Shown here: one piece after another, positions 12,156 to 24,947 of the stretch
Layout of the letters: each line of letters begins with the position of its first letter
How positions within the stretch are numbered: position 1 is the stretch's first letter
Assembly (NCBI GenBank): GCA_951406725.2
Contig: OX597821.1
Span: 60,388,001-60,452,000 of the forward strand
Length of the DNA: 64,000 nt
Source: Octopus vulgaris
Lineage: Eukaryota
Direction of reading: 5' to 3'
Notes under the pieces: generated by a model
What the model was told of the DNA's origin: nothing
What the model saw: the letters and a program-made list of their open reading frames with translations, nothing else
Database searches by the model: none
Program-made: the position numbers and the translations under genes

Positions 12156-14484
12156 TATATATAAATCATCATCATCATCATCATTGTTTAACGTCCAACA
12201 TCCAGGAAGTTATGGCTGGTCATGTAGTGACCAGTGCTTAGAAGTATATATGAAAGGAATTGTTCTTGTTGTTTTGCTAGTTTATGAATAATAACTTAGT
12301 AAGTGTTCTACAGGTAAGTAAGGCTTAGCAATATAGACAACTCATCAGACTCAAATGGTTGAAGGTACATAACCTCTCTAGAATTAGAAAAAAAAAATAT
12401 GTAATGGTCAGTTAGCTTTGTAAACAAAAAAATACCTGTCTGTGCTGCGGGACGGGATTAGTCGGATGGGACAGATTTATCCCCCTTTCATTGGCTCTTG
12501 CCATGGTGCTATTTGAAGGAGCTGTGGTGGGACTATTCAATGAATAGGGAATTCCAAGTCTGAAGTAGGAAACGTTTTAGATGTGGGCATTAAATGAATA
12601 CCTCTTTCCTAGAGATTAAAATGGTCCCTGGGTCAAATTAGTTTTTTTTAGGATACTGGCCCTCTCAGAATCCTCCTGTTTGTATAAGCCCTGGTTGTTC
12701 AAGGAGCTTCCATTTAATTATGTACGGGGTTCTTTCTTTTTTAAGCACCATACATGGCTGGCCAATGATGTGATGGTGCGCCTTTCTGGTATTCTGGAAA
12801 GAAAGAGAAAGGAGAGAGAGAATGAAAGAGAGAGAGAGTGAGTGAGTGAGAGAGAGAGAATGAAAGAGAGAGAGAGTGAGTGAATGAGAGAGAGAGAGAG
12901 ATGTGTGAGGTCAATGTACAATGTGAATTTGTGAGAGATAGAACAGGATAAAGGAAAAGGATGTGTAGGTGTGCTGAATATGAATGGTGTGACAGATGAT
13001 AAGAGATAGCGTATGAATTGGACACAGAGACTATCAGTTCAGTGGAGGGGGAAGTGAAGGATGGAAATAGTGTAACATAGAAGATTGATGGAAGTATGGG
13101 TGTTAGAAGATGAGTTGTAGAAGGAGTCTTGACAAAACCTCACTTCTACTGAGATGAACGTGTCTTCTCAAGTACAGCAAATTGGTTTCAAATCCTGGAA
13201 CAAGGCCAGTGATTTCGGGGGAGAGGGTAAATCAATTACATGGACCCTAGTGCTCAACTGGTACTTACTTCATCAATCCTGAAAGGACAAAAGGCAAAAT
13301 TGACCCCAGTGGGATTTGAACTCAGAATGTTAAAGCAGAAGAAATGCTACTAAGCATTTTGCCTGGCATGCTTATGATTCTGCCAGCTCACCACCTTAAG
13401 CATAGCGTATTGCTATTTATCTCAGTCCCACCATCATTTTCTATGAGCTGATACAGTCTGTGTGTGTGTGTGTGTGTGAGAGAGAGAATGGTGAGAGACA
13501 AAGAAAGAGAGAGAGAGAGAGTATGGAGGGAAGAGTGGGAGGAGAAACTTCTTTGTTATCTTATTTATTGACCTCAAAAAATGAAGGGCAAAGTTGGCTT
13601 CAATTGGTTTGAAATTAAGATTGCAGTGAGTAAGAATAAATATTGTAACATATTTTGACATGCTAATGTCTTGTTGCGATGTTTTAGCATAAAATGAGTT
13701 ATTGCTTGAAGTTAGTATGTAAGGGCATCAGAGAAATAAACTGTCATCTGATTGGTTAGGATGCATGTTAGATGATGTAATCCCAGACACATGAATCCTG
13801 TGTGGCCGAATGATTAAGATGACTTCTTTGCAATTATGTACCTGCCTCCAGATTCGATGTTACTGTATAATTCTGGATGAATGCCTTTCTATAACGTCAG
13901 GTTTATCCAATTGTCATGAGTGAAACTAAGTAGAGGAGAAACTGTTTGAAAGCTTAGATGGATTTTAACTGGCACTCCGTTGGTTTTGATGACAAGTGCT
14001 TCAGTTGATCCAATCAATGGAACAACCCGCTTGTAAAATTAACATGCAAGTTGTAGTTCTCAAGGAGATTCAGCACGACACAGAAAGTGACAAGGCAGGC
14101 CATTTGAAATACAGGTATTACTAATTTTTGCCAGCTGGGTGGACTGGAGCTACATAAAATAAAGCGTCTTGCTCGAGGACGTACTGTACTGCTGGGTACT
14201 GAACTCATGGCTTTACAATTATGAGCTGAATACCCTAACCACTATTCCACAAGAAATACATACAGTGCAAGTTTAAAGCAGTTATGGGCAAACTGCAGTC
14301 CATGGGACGTTCTGAACAGCATACCTACTTTGAATTGATTTAGTGATATGACCTGCCTGATGATGCCATGTCTTATGTGGCCTGTTTCTCAGAAAAGATT
14401 GCTCATACCTGCTTTAGAGATAGACAAGCAATTGGTAGACGCTCTCCTTGGAATCATAAAACAATTACCAGTAATATGTAGAAA

Positions 14485-14850
14485 TATCATCATCATCGTT
14501 TAAATATCTGCTTTTCATGCTAGCATGGGTCGGACAATTTGACTGAGGACTGGCAAACCAAATGGCTGCACCAGGCTCCAATCTTGATCTGGCAAAGTTT
14601 CTACAGCTGGATGCCCTTCCTAATGCCAACCATTCTGAGAGTGTAGTGGGTGCTTTTACGTGCCACCGGCACGAGGGCCAGTCAGGCGGTACTGGCAACG
14701 GCCATGCTCAAATGGTGTTTTTTATGTGCCTTTTACATGCCACCTGCACAGGAGCCAGTCCAGCGGCACTGGCAACGACTTCACTTGAATGTTTTTCCAT
14801 GTGCCAGTAAGGTGATGCTGGTAACGATCACGTTCGAATGGTGCTTTGAA
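14485..14850 (-). mobile_element. SINE family D with internal tandem units and (GAT)n tail
   Basis: TTGGCGTTAGGAAGGGCATCCAGC..CCCATGCCAGCATGGAAA..GATGATG family; also at 1033, 15300, 23345, 26170, 30545, 37990 and 42830. Confidence 0.8.
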
Positions 14851-16059
14851 TCTATAATGAGACCAGCTAAAGATCTACTAATTAAACAAGAACTAATGTT
14901 TTTAATTACTCTTACATGCTTTCCCTGTGGATTTGTTTCACTCTTGTCAATGAGTATCAATACTCTACCTATGGGGTTAAATATACCCAACAGCTGGTAT
15001 CCTATTTGCTGACCTATACAGTTGAATTTAATTCACTGTTTATTTTTTTTACATTAAAATTTCTATGAAACTATAGATTTGATTGGTTGCAAATCATGAC
15101 CTTTTGACATTATTTCAAGAACCTGAAGCTAACATGTTTGTACTTCAGTTATATAACTACAGTATTTTAAAGCTATTTTAATGAACATGTCTATGGAGAT
15201 GATGACAAATGAGCAAGACTTTTGGTGATTTGTTGAGCTTGAGAAGGCACATCAAGCTAAGTGCTGGTGATTAAAAGTTACCTGTGCCACTGACACATGA
15301 AAAGGCATCCATGCTGGTAACATGTAAGAGACTGTTGGTATACTCTGTAGAGTGGTTGGCATTAGGAAGGGTATCCAAGCCATAGAAACCAGGCCAAAAT
15401 AGACCGGAGCATGGTTCACCTTTTCGGTTTCCCAGTTCTAGTCAAACCGTCCAACTCATGCTAGCATGGAAAATGAACGCTAAATGATGATAATTTGGTG
15501 AAATATTTATTAGATCATGAACTTGGGATTAAAATTTTCCCCTAAATGATGTAAAATTTAAGTAAAAATGAACCACCCTCATCTCAATAACAGGAACTCC
15601 TTAATTAGGGGAAAATACACCAAAGTGCTTAGAAGTACATATGGAAAGAACAATTCTCGCACTTTTGCTAGTTTATAAACTATAACTTAGCAAATGTTCT
15701 ACAGGTGAGTAAGCTTTTTTGGTCACAACATTCTTTGTCATCAGAGCAATTTTCAGTTTTGGATTCCGAGAAAATTCATTGATATAAAGGGTGTGTTAAG
15801 ACACAATGATAGGAAAAGATTGAACTATGACTAATAAATGCATCATACACAAAAATAACACTAATAATTCTGTAACGGAACTGGAACCGACATAATGCGT
15901 CACCTATAATACAGTGAATAATAGCATAAAATGAACTTAATATATTTTCGTAATATATAAATAAATAGTAAAATAATTTTTTTTTATTTAAAATTTTTCC
16001 AAAATAAAAATAGGTGAAATAATTTAACGAAACTGATTAAAAGAAATAATTTTTTTAGT

Positions 16060-16250
16060 GTTGCGGAAAGAGCCGAAGATGACGTCAATGTCGAAGTGAA
16101 GGAAGTGGTGGTGGTGCTAGTTGTTAGTCTATCAACAGCCACAGAGCTGTGACGTCATGGTGAATATGGCGCTAGTTGTTGTTACATGTGATCCTAAGAG
16201 ATCCGAATTTAATTCTGGGGTCTTTTGTACATGGTGGCTGATTTCGAAAG
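16060..16250 (+). promoter_or_regulatory. Putative OSER1 promoter and non-coding first exon
   Basis: Two perfect CRE palindromes TGACGTCA (16080-16087, 16150-16157), ETS-like GGAAGTG (16101-16107), YY1-like AATATGGCGC (16163-16172), locally CpG-retaining sequence, and consensus donor AAG|GTGAGT at 16250/16251. TSS position is not known. Confidence 0.65.
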
Positions 16251-16580
16251 GTGAGTGGAAATCTAGCTCTTGTAAATATTTATACTTTCTTTTCTGAGTA
16301 CACTAAAGCACACACTTCTCGGCATAATTATATTCTACGAACCTACTCATGGCTACTGTTCTATGTATGTATATATATATATAAATATATATAAATATAT
16401 AGTGTTTGTGGAGAGATATGTGCACATGTTTGTGTGTATGTATATATATATATATAAATAAATATATGTGTGTGTATATGTATCTGTATATATGTAGTTT
16501 AACGTTTACAAAATGTATATACTGCTGGTTGCAAGTTAGTAAAACGTAAATCTCTCTCTCCCACACACACACACACACAC

Positions 16581-16628
<48 letters not shown>

Positions 16629-17159
16629 TACATATATATATATAAATATATATATGGCTGCATCGCAATGTTTTTCTGTGTATCTTCCTCTATGTTTATT
16701 GTAAATAGCAAGAGTTATTGCGTATCTTCTCTGCATTGCTCTTGCTCTTCTCCGTGTCAAACTCTAGTATCACACTTGTCTATGTTGTTGCTGTCCTGGT
16801 TTGTTTTGCTCAACCATCGACAAGGTTAACTCGAGAAACTGTTTACTTTGTAAATGAAAAATCACTTGGATACCCATTAATATCCCCGGGTCCTTTAAAA
16901 TTTTGTCTTTCTGTCACACACGATGAATATAACATTGGTTGATTTTCGGTTCTCCCGAAAATATATATATATAAAAAAAAAAGTATTTGTTCTGAAATTA
17001 AGTGATCAGTAACTAACAGAACCTCAAGGTAAATGCATAATTTAATTTGCTATTTTTGTATCGCCCTCGACCCCATAGTTTGTTACTTAACACACACAAA
17101 AAAACAAGGCATGTATACATACACATGTTTGAAACATTAATTACAGCGTTAAATACACA

Positions 17160-17206
<47 letters not shown>

Positions 17207-18138
17207 TATATATGTGTGTGTGTGTGGATGTATTTATATAAATGATAAATCGTGTTAAAGTGTCGTATTGTATATCAATGCTTGTACTTCGCAACATACA
17301 AACTAAACACAATTCCCACATTTATTTATATATTTATGCTTAAAAGCGATTACAATTATTGAAATAAGTTATCAATTTAGCTGTGACTTTTGGGATTCTT
17401 TAATGTTTGTATTATTATTATTATTATATCTTATAAAAACGTGGTAAAAGAGTAAATTTTATTTTGTAAATTTTCATCTATATAAAACTTTTTATCTCAG
17501 AGGGGCACTGATCTAATTTTCGAGTTTATATCTTAATGAAGCATTCTTGTACAGCTATACTACAATGGTACATAAGTTTTTTGTTAACTTTAATTTTTAT
17601 ACACATTTATAGAATGTTCTATTCATTCGGACATTTATATTCCATTAGTAGGTATTTAACGCGCGTAATTAATTTTCAAAATACAAGTTATAAATTATAT
17701 AGGTTTGGGTGTAAAAATTATTTGCGTAAGATAAAAAATTAAACTGAAACTAATAATTTAAGTGATATCTCAAAATAGGAAAGTTAAACATGACTTAGCA
17801 AATTAATTCCTTTACCTTGTTACAGTATAAGAATTCACACACACTCAAAAACATACACACACACACACACACGGCAGTGACTAGTGATTTAAACAAACTT
17901 TTGATTTTGAACTTTTCAACTTCGACCTCTTTTCCGTATTCGCCTCGATCATTTTAAAATCTTGGTTCTCCGTAACTTTTTAATTCTTTCTCGAAAGTTT
18001 TTGACGGGCCGGTCTTCATCAATCCAATTTGTTACAATAAGGGTATAACTCCGTTGGAACTACATCGCTGTCACTTAGCAACTCGTTGATTCAATCTAAG
18101 AACTTTTCTTTGTTACATGGGCTTTTATTTTATGAACA

Positions 18139-18604
18139 ATTGAAGGAATCTATATCAGCGCTTAGCTTGCTAGAAACCGCAGCCATATCGCCTTCAATTT
18201 ACAGCCTCCCGCCTTGAAGAAGGGAAGGACATAATAGATATGAATGTATCCCTAGACATCATTAAAAAGTGGCCTTATCTGGGGCGCCTTCGAGCAAGGC
18301 TGATGAATTGGGGGTTAAAACCAGCGACAAATTCTTTACTAAATAACATAATGTCTTTAGTGCAGAGGGTTATTGAAGGAATCTATATCAGCGCTTAGCT
18401 TGCTAGAAACCGCAGCCATATCGCCTTCAATTTACAGCCTCCCGCCTTGAAGACGGGAAGGACATAATAGATATGAATGTATCCCTAGACATCATTAAAA
18501 AGTGGCCTTATCTGGGGCGCCTTCGAGCAAGGTTGATGGATTGGGGGTTAAAACCAGCGACAAATTCTTTACTAAATAACATAACGTCTTCAGTGCAGAG
18601 GGTT
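18139..18604. repeat. 233-bp tandem duplication
   Basis: Units start at 18139 and 18372 and differ at only a few positions; ATT(G/A)AAGGA recurs at 18605. Confidence 0.95.
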
Positions 18605-19428
18605 ATTAAAGGAGGGTAACTAACAACTGAAAGGAAGTTCGAATCAATGTTCTAGAATCTTACTGATTTGTATTAACTGATGGCCATGTGATAGATAACA
18701 TTTTAAACATCAATTTTAATGTAGTCTTTACATCAAAATAGGTTCACAATATGATTTGTTTAGTTTTAAGGAGACTTTTTGATCGACAGTATTCCAGCTA
18801 TGACCAAGTCATTAATAGGTTTGTAGGATTATGGTACGCTGTTTTTTTTTTGTAAGACGAATGCGATACTAGGGAGATTTGGCTACTACTTTTAGCTGAT
18901 CGAGCGATCGCGTAGATAGAAGCTTCTACAAGTTGATTTCTTTCTCGATACTGTTAATATGGGACAGTATCGTGGTTAGCGAAACCTCATCTTGCCATCA
19001 TTTGGAGCAGATCTTGACCATTCCTTATTTTATTGATAGTGTATTTAGAACTACCCTTTGTGTTTTTAACACATTAGGGTTTGATCTGAAGGAGATTTAG
19101 CTTATATTTCCAGCATGTCCAGCGACCGCGTAGAGGCCCCCTCGTTTATGTAAGATAAATTTACAAAGTATACTCAAAAATAGAGCAACAAAATGACTTA
19201 TTCTGAAAGACCGCCCTGACTCACATGTGAAGAAGGATCCTACGCTATCCAACGAGGGAAGATTTATCTCTCAAGTATTTAATTCCACAGAAACTTAAAA
19301 CTAATTCTGAGTACATATTAGTTCATTAAGAGGTTAACTGGAAATGTCTTCCTTAATAAATAATTGTTTTTTAAACAAGCATAATAATGATTTATATAAA
19401 CACGAGACCACACACATATATATATTTG

Positions 19429-19645
19429 GGTGCCGGTGTAGTATGTGATCTACATTCAGAATTTTGTTAAATCATAAAAGATTTTGGGGTTTATATACCA
19501 AACCAACCGGAAGTCGAGTAAATAAATAGATGAATTTTAAATGTAGATAAAAAAAAGTTGGTGTAGATCACAAACTATACCATTTGAACTAATGTAGATC
19601 ACAAGCTATACCAGAAACATATAGATCACATACTACACCGGTACC
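19429..19645. mobile_element. MITE, possibly Merlin-type
   Basis: TIR GGT(G/A)CCGGTGTAGTATGTGATCTA, internal TGTAGATCACA repeats, 8-bp TSD TATATTTG/TGTATTTG. Confidence 0.75.
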
Positions 19646-20118
19646 TGTATTTGTTTATATAGGCGTCGGAAATTAGTGTAGTGTAGTGTAGTGTGTCTCA
19701 AGACAAATGTAGCGAATTGACTAGACACGAAAATAAAAACCGATTCATTGAAAGCTTTATTTTTAATAGACACACACAAAGCATATATTGTATGAAACGA
19801 TGGTATTGTTATTTGAATCAACCACAACATATTTCCGACTGCATGTCGGAGTGTGCAGTACAATCCTTACTTTGTCAATTCTCTGACGTCCCTCATTTGT
19901 TTTAACACAAATTTCAAACAGTCTCAATGTTCCTGCATGCACTTATGCTACCCATCAGTTTTTTTTTTAATATTTTTAACGATTAAAGCGGAAAGCCTGA
20001 GCAGGGTTCACGGCACCATAATATTAATAACTTTTAGCAAGGTCTCTATTTGAAACGTCGAAATTTATATCTCGTGGCTCATGGTCGTATCTTGTTTTAC
20101 CAATATTATAAAGAACTA

Positions 20119-20560
20119 AGGCAGCGAACTGCCACAGGCGTTAGCACACCGGGCGAAATGCTTAGCGCTATTTCGTCTGTCTTTACGTTCTGAGTTCAAA
20201 TTCCGCCGAGGTCGACTTCACCATTCATCCTTTCGGGCTCGGTAAATTAAGTACCAGTTGCATACTGGGGTCGATCTAATCGACTGGCCCCCTTCCCCCA
20301 AAATTTCAGGCCTTGTGCCTAGAATAGAAAAGAATATTATAAAGAACTGGTTATCTGGCAGAATCGTTAGCACGCCGGGCAAAATGTCTAGCGGTATTTC
20401 GTCTGTCTTTACGTTCCGAGTTCAAATTACGCCGAGGTCGATTTTGCCTTTCATCCCATTCGTGGTCGATAAAACAAAATAGTTGAACACGGAGACCAAT
20501 GTAATCGACTTTCCCCACTCCTCCGGAATTACTGGCCATGTGCCAAAAATTGAAACCAAT
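20119..20560 (+). mobile_element. Two tandem copies of SINE family C (Nin/Deu-like core)
   Basis: GGCAG..CGTTAGCAC.CCGGGC.AAATG..TTCAAATT.CGCCGAGGTCGA..GCCTTTCATCC. Other copies at about 8560, 10190, 13185, 25322, 28283, 41310, 41535, 43913 and 53765. Confidence 0.85.
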
Positions 20561-20825
20561 ATTATAAAGACCATTGTTTTCGTCACTTTCACTACCACTA
20601 ACAAGAATAGCAATTACAATTATATATTGTATTCGTATCTGCTTTGATTTGTGAGATATGTTTAATATATGCCTTTCTCTGAGTAATTCTTTGTTTGTTT
20701 TTTTTTTTTTATTCTTCATTTTACAAATAATCGTTCTGCTAACTTACCAAATTTTTATATATTTCTTCGTTCTTAACCAAACAACCAACCACCCTACCAA
20801 CCAAGCAGTCGATCGCCAGTAAACA

Positions 20826-21199
20826 ATGTCAGAAATCAATAACAACATCACACAACCGCCTGTTGGTCTCATCAATGAGAAGAACGACAATAGCAGCCTT
20901 GGCGGCGGCGGCGTGACGGCAGCGACAGCTAGCACTATCATTGGTAACTCTACAACTGCAACTGAAACAGTTGCAACCACTACAACAATTACCACTACCA
21001 CTACTATTACTTCTACCACGAACAACAACAACAACAACACCAACAACAACACTAACTCTAACACCAACAGCAACAACAGCAGCACTAGTAATAGCAACAA
21101 CCACAGTACCGTAGAAAATATACAGAATGATTTCAGCAGCAACTCCGATCTTGGATTACACAATGCTTTCGAACTGTTGGAGCTCGACTCTAAAACCTG
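20826..21199 (+). CDS. OSER1: OSER1-like (oxidative stress-responsive serine-rich protein 1) coding exon 1
   Basis: ATG at 20826 follows a CAG acceptor (20806-20808). The ORF has a T/N/G low-complexity N-terminus and ends in LHNAFELLELDSKTW, resembling the vertebrate OSER1 N-terminal motif LQTAFKKLRVD. Donor TG|GTAAAT at 21199/21200 (phase 2) joins in frame to the exon at 39060. Confidence 0.8.
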
Positions 21200-24100
21200 G
21201 TAAATATCTTAACATTGTTCTCCTGTTTTCCTTCCTTTCCTTTTTTCTTTTTAAAAAAAATTCTTTTATTTATTTATTTTATTGATAATTTCAATTGTAA
21301 TTGTTAGTAATCCTAAAACTGGCATTGTTCTGATCAATAATCGCAACACTGTAAACTACCGATGACTAATAAATACACTCCTTTTTTTTTTTGCCCTCCC
21401 CCGTAAAATCGAACCTAAAAATAATGCCATGTCACCGCTCTTTCCGCCATTCATTACCACCAGTCATGCTATAATACATGCAGTTGACTCCTACACCCAA
21501 CTTTTGATCTAGCGTAACTGAACATTTCAATCAGTTAGATTCCCATTACAAAAACTGATTTGCTCTTTTAATTGTTTCAGTCATTTGACTGCGGCCATGC
21601 TGAAGCACTGCCTGTAGTCGAGCAAATCGACCCCGGGACTTATTCTTTGTAAGCCCAGTACTTATTCTATCGGTCTCTTTTGCCGAACTGCTAAGTGACG
21701 GGGACGTAAACACACCAGCATCGGTTGTCAGGCAATGCTAGGGAGACAAACATATACACACACATACACATATACGACAGGCTTCTTTCAGTTTCTGTCT
21801 ACCAAATCCACTCACAAGGCTTTGGTCGGCCAGAGGCTATAGCAGAAGACACTTGCCCAAGATGCCACGCAGTGGGACTGAACCCGGAACCATGTGGTTG
21901 GTTAGCAAGCTACTTACCACACAGCCACTCTTGCGCCTATTTATAAAAGACTATTTATAAAAGACAAATACCCTTGAGAATATTGATATAAGCCTTAGAT
22001 TCCTTGATTAAATATTAGAGGCAAATAGTTTTTAAGTCTTTATATTTTTTTACTTGTACCGGTGACTGGACTCCGACCATGCTGGGGCATCACATTGAAG
22101 AATTTTTAGTCGAATGAATTACTTCCAGTACTTATTTTTTGTTACTACTTGGTACTGTTCTGTGTCTGTCCCTTTTTACCGGACAGTTAAGTTACGGAGA
22201 CATAAATAAGTCAACAGTGGTTGGGGACAAACATAGACACACACACACCACGACTTCTTTCTATCAAATCCACTCATAAAGCTTTCTTCAACGCTGGCCT
22301 GTGGTTGTTGCCATTGGGTGGAACTGAACCCGCAACCATGTGGTTGGGAAGCAAACTTCTTACCAACATAGCCATGCCTGCGCCTAGTATTTAGGTTCGA
22401 AAACTGATTTTTCAAATTTAGATCTAATTAACGGTTAAAAAATTATTTTTTGTTTTTTCTATAGAGGACTGGTAAGAATAAATTTTTTTAGATCGATAAT
22501 CTAAACCTTGTTGAATGCGAAGAATTTTGAAATTGTTTAATCTAAGGGAGATAAATGTTACGTTTTAAATTCAGTGGTGAAACAATGGGATCCGTGGAAA
22601 CGGATGATGATGCGTCGTACACAAAAATGGAATAAATTTTTGCCGCGAGGAAGAAGACAACCCTAATGTTTCAGATAGGGCCATTTACCGGGTAGTTCTA
22701 TCCATAACGTTAGACTTCTTACGATAAAGTCCCAGATAGTATCCTCAAGTTCATTTAAGAAACCGGAAGAATATGGAAGGGACATAACTGTTTGCAATGA
22801 ATCAGCAGCTGTCATTAAGGCATTGTTTACTACGGGAATAGTTCAATATTTGTTCAACACACGGAATAATATAATCTTAGTTTTACCCTTAAAATAATGA
22901 AATAAAAATGTATGATGGTTACAGCTAGAATGACTTTGATCATCGGTCTGCCTGGTCTCAGTGTCGACCACAGGCAGTGAGTTTCAAAATTCTTTCCTCT
23001 TTAATCGTAAACAAAAACAGAATTGTAAAGTAATGCAACGATATAACGAATACTAGAATAACAAAAGTTAAAATCTCAAAATGCAACAAGAACGAGGCTC
23101 TAATTGTTTAATTTGACATAAATTTTGACTGTTTTTCTTACTACTTCTCATGTAACATTGCAAAATCAACGAGCATCTCCACATCTTCTAAGACATATAT
23201 GTAAGTACATACGATTGATTAAGGTGTCAAAGAGTCAAGGTGTGGATTGCTGTTGTAACATATAGATACTGTATTTGATAACTATAAGACAACTTTTTGT
23301 GAACTGAAGTTGTTTTTGTATACCTATACACACACACATATATACATCAACATTTAACGTGCGTTTTCCATGCTTGCATGGGTTGGACGGTTTGACAGGA
23401 TCTGGCTAGGTTAGGGACCACACTGGGTTCCATAGTCTGGTTTGGTTTCTACGACTGGATGCCCTTCCTAATGCCAACCACTTTACAGTGTACAGGGTAC
23501 TTTTTACGTGACACTAGCACCCAAACCATTGCTTTTAACATGACACCTCAGTTTTAGGATCTCAATTCTGTTGTAGTAGGCTGGTCTTCTTGAGTACAAT
23601 AACGTGCCAATATCTCAGTCATCTATCATCTCATTAGTAAGGTCCAGTGTTTTGAGATCGCCCTTCAATACCTTGTTCCATGTCTTCCTGGGTCTTTCGC
23701 TTCGGCAACTTCCCTATAATTTAAGTGTGTATATATAAATGTATATTTATGCACACATACATGTGTATACATCATCGTTGTTTAACATACGTTTTCCATG
23801 TTAGTATGGGTTTGACAGGAGCTGAGCAACTAAAGAGCTGAAGGCCCTCAGCTAACCTGGTTTCACTGGAGGCATTTCTATGACATGCTGATTAAGTGGG
23901 GACCCTATTAGGAGCTACTATTCCAGGCCAGATTAACCCCGGGAATAATAGTAGCTAAGAGGTGGTTCTGCATTCTTCAAAACCCTTTAACTTTTTAACT
24001 AGGGTCTCCCAGTACCTGATGCAGTTCAAAATCATACCTAGGATACATTATACTATATTTATTTATTTATTGCCCACGGGGGGGGGGGGGGGGTAAAGAT

Positions 24101-24484
24101 AGAGGGACAGACAAAGGGTTTAAGTTGATAACATCGACCCCAGTGCTTAACTGGTACTTATTTAATCGACCTCAAAAGTATGAAAGGCAAAGTCGACCTC
24201 AGCGGAATAACTTTTTATTTTAATATAATATATTGTTTAACATCTAAGTGTGTTGAGAGTTGTTTCTTGTTAGAAACACGATGCTGACAAGGTTCTCTGG
24301 TTCCATCTCTTTTTCTCCAATCATTTCAGTTTTAAATGTTGCCTGGGGCAATGCGTTGTTGATTGGCCCTTGATCAAGCAGGCTTATGACTAAAGGCATG
24401 CCAATTGTGACCATTCCATCATCTTTTTCAAGACAGTAGAGTATGATTTGAGAGATAATTGTCTACATTTTCTATGAGGGTGAT

Positions 24485-24947
24485 TCCCTTGTGTACTGTT
24501 TATTAGAAGTACTCCTATAGCTCTGCCTTGTATACTGTTTATTAGAGGTACCCCTATAGCTCTGCCTTGTGCATTGTTTATTAGAAATACCCTATAGCTC
24601 TGCCTTGTATACTGTTTCTTAGAAGTATCCCTATAGCTCTGCCTTGTATACTGTTTCTTAGAAGTACCCCTATAGCTCTGCCTTGTATACTATTCATTAG
24701 AAGTACCCCTATAGCTCTGCCTTGTATACTGTTTATTAGAAGTACTCCTATAGCTCTACCTTGTATACTGTTTATTAGAATTACACATATAGCTCTGCCT
24801 TGTATACTGTTTATTAGAAGTACTCCTATAGCTCTGCCTTGTATACTGTTTATTAGAAGTACTCCTATAGCTCTGCCTTGTATACTGTTTATTGGTACCC
24901 CTATAGACCTGCCTTGTGCACTGTTTATTAGAAGTACCCCTATAGCC
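24485..24947. repeat. 39-bp minisatellite, about 12 units
   Basis: Unit GCCTTGTATACTGTTTATTAGAAGTACCCCTATAGCTCT, running directly into a SINE A body. Confidence 0.95.

Noticed and set aside
20744-21163. Hydrophobic Leu/Val-rich minus-strand ORF
   Set aside because: Antisense shadow of the Asn/Thr repeats in the OSER1 exon.
24485-24947. CRISPR-like regular repeat
   Set aside because: Units are contiguous with no unique spacers; eukaryotic context and no cas genes.
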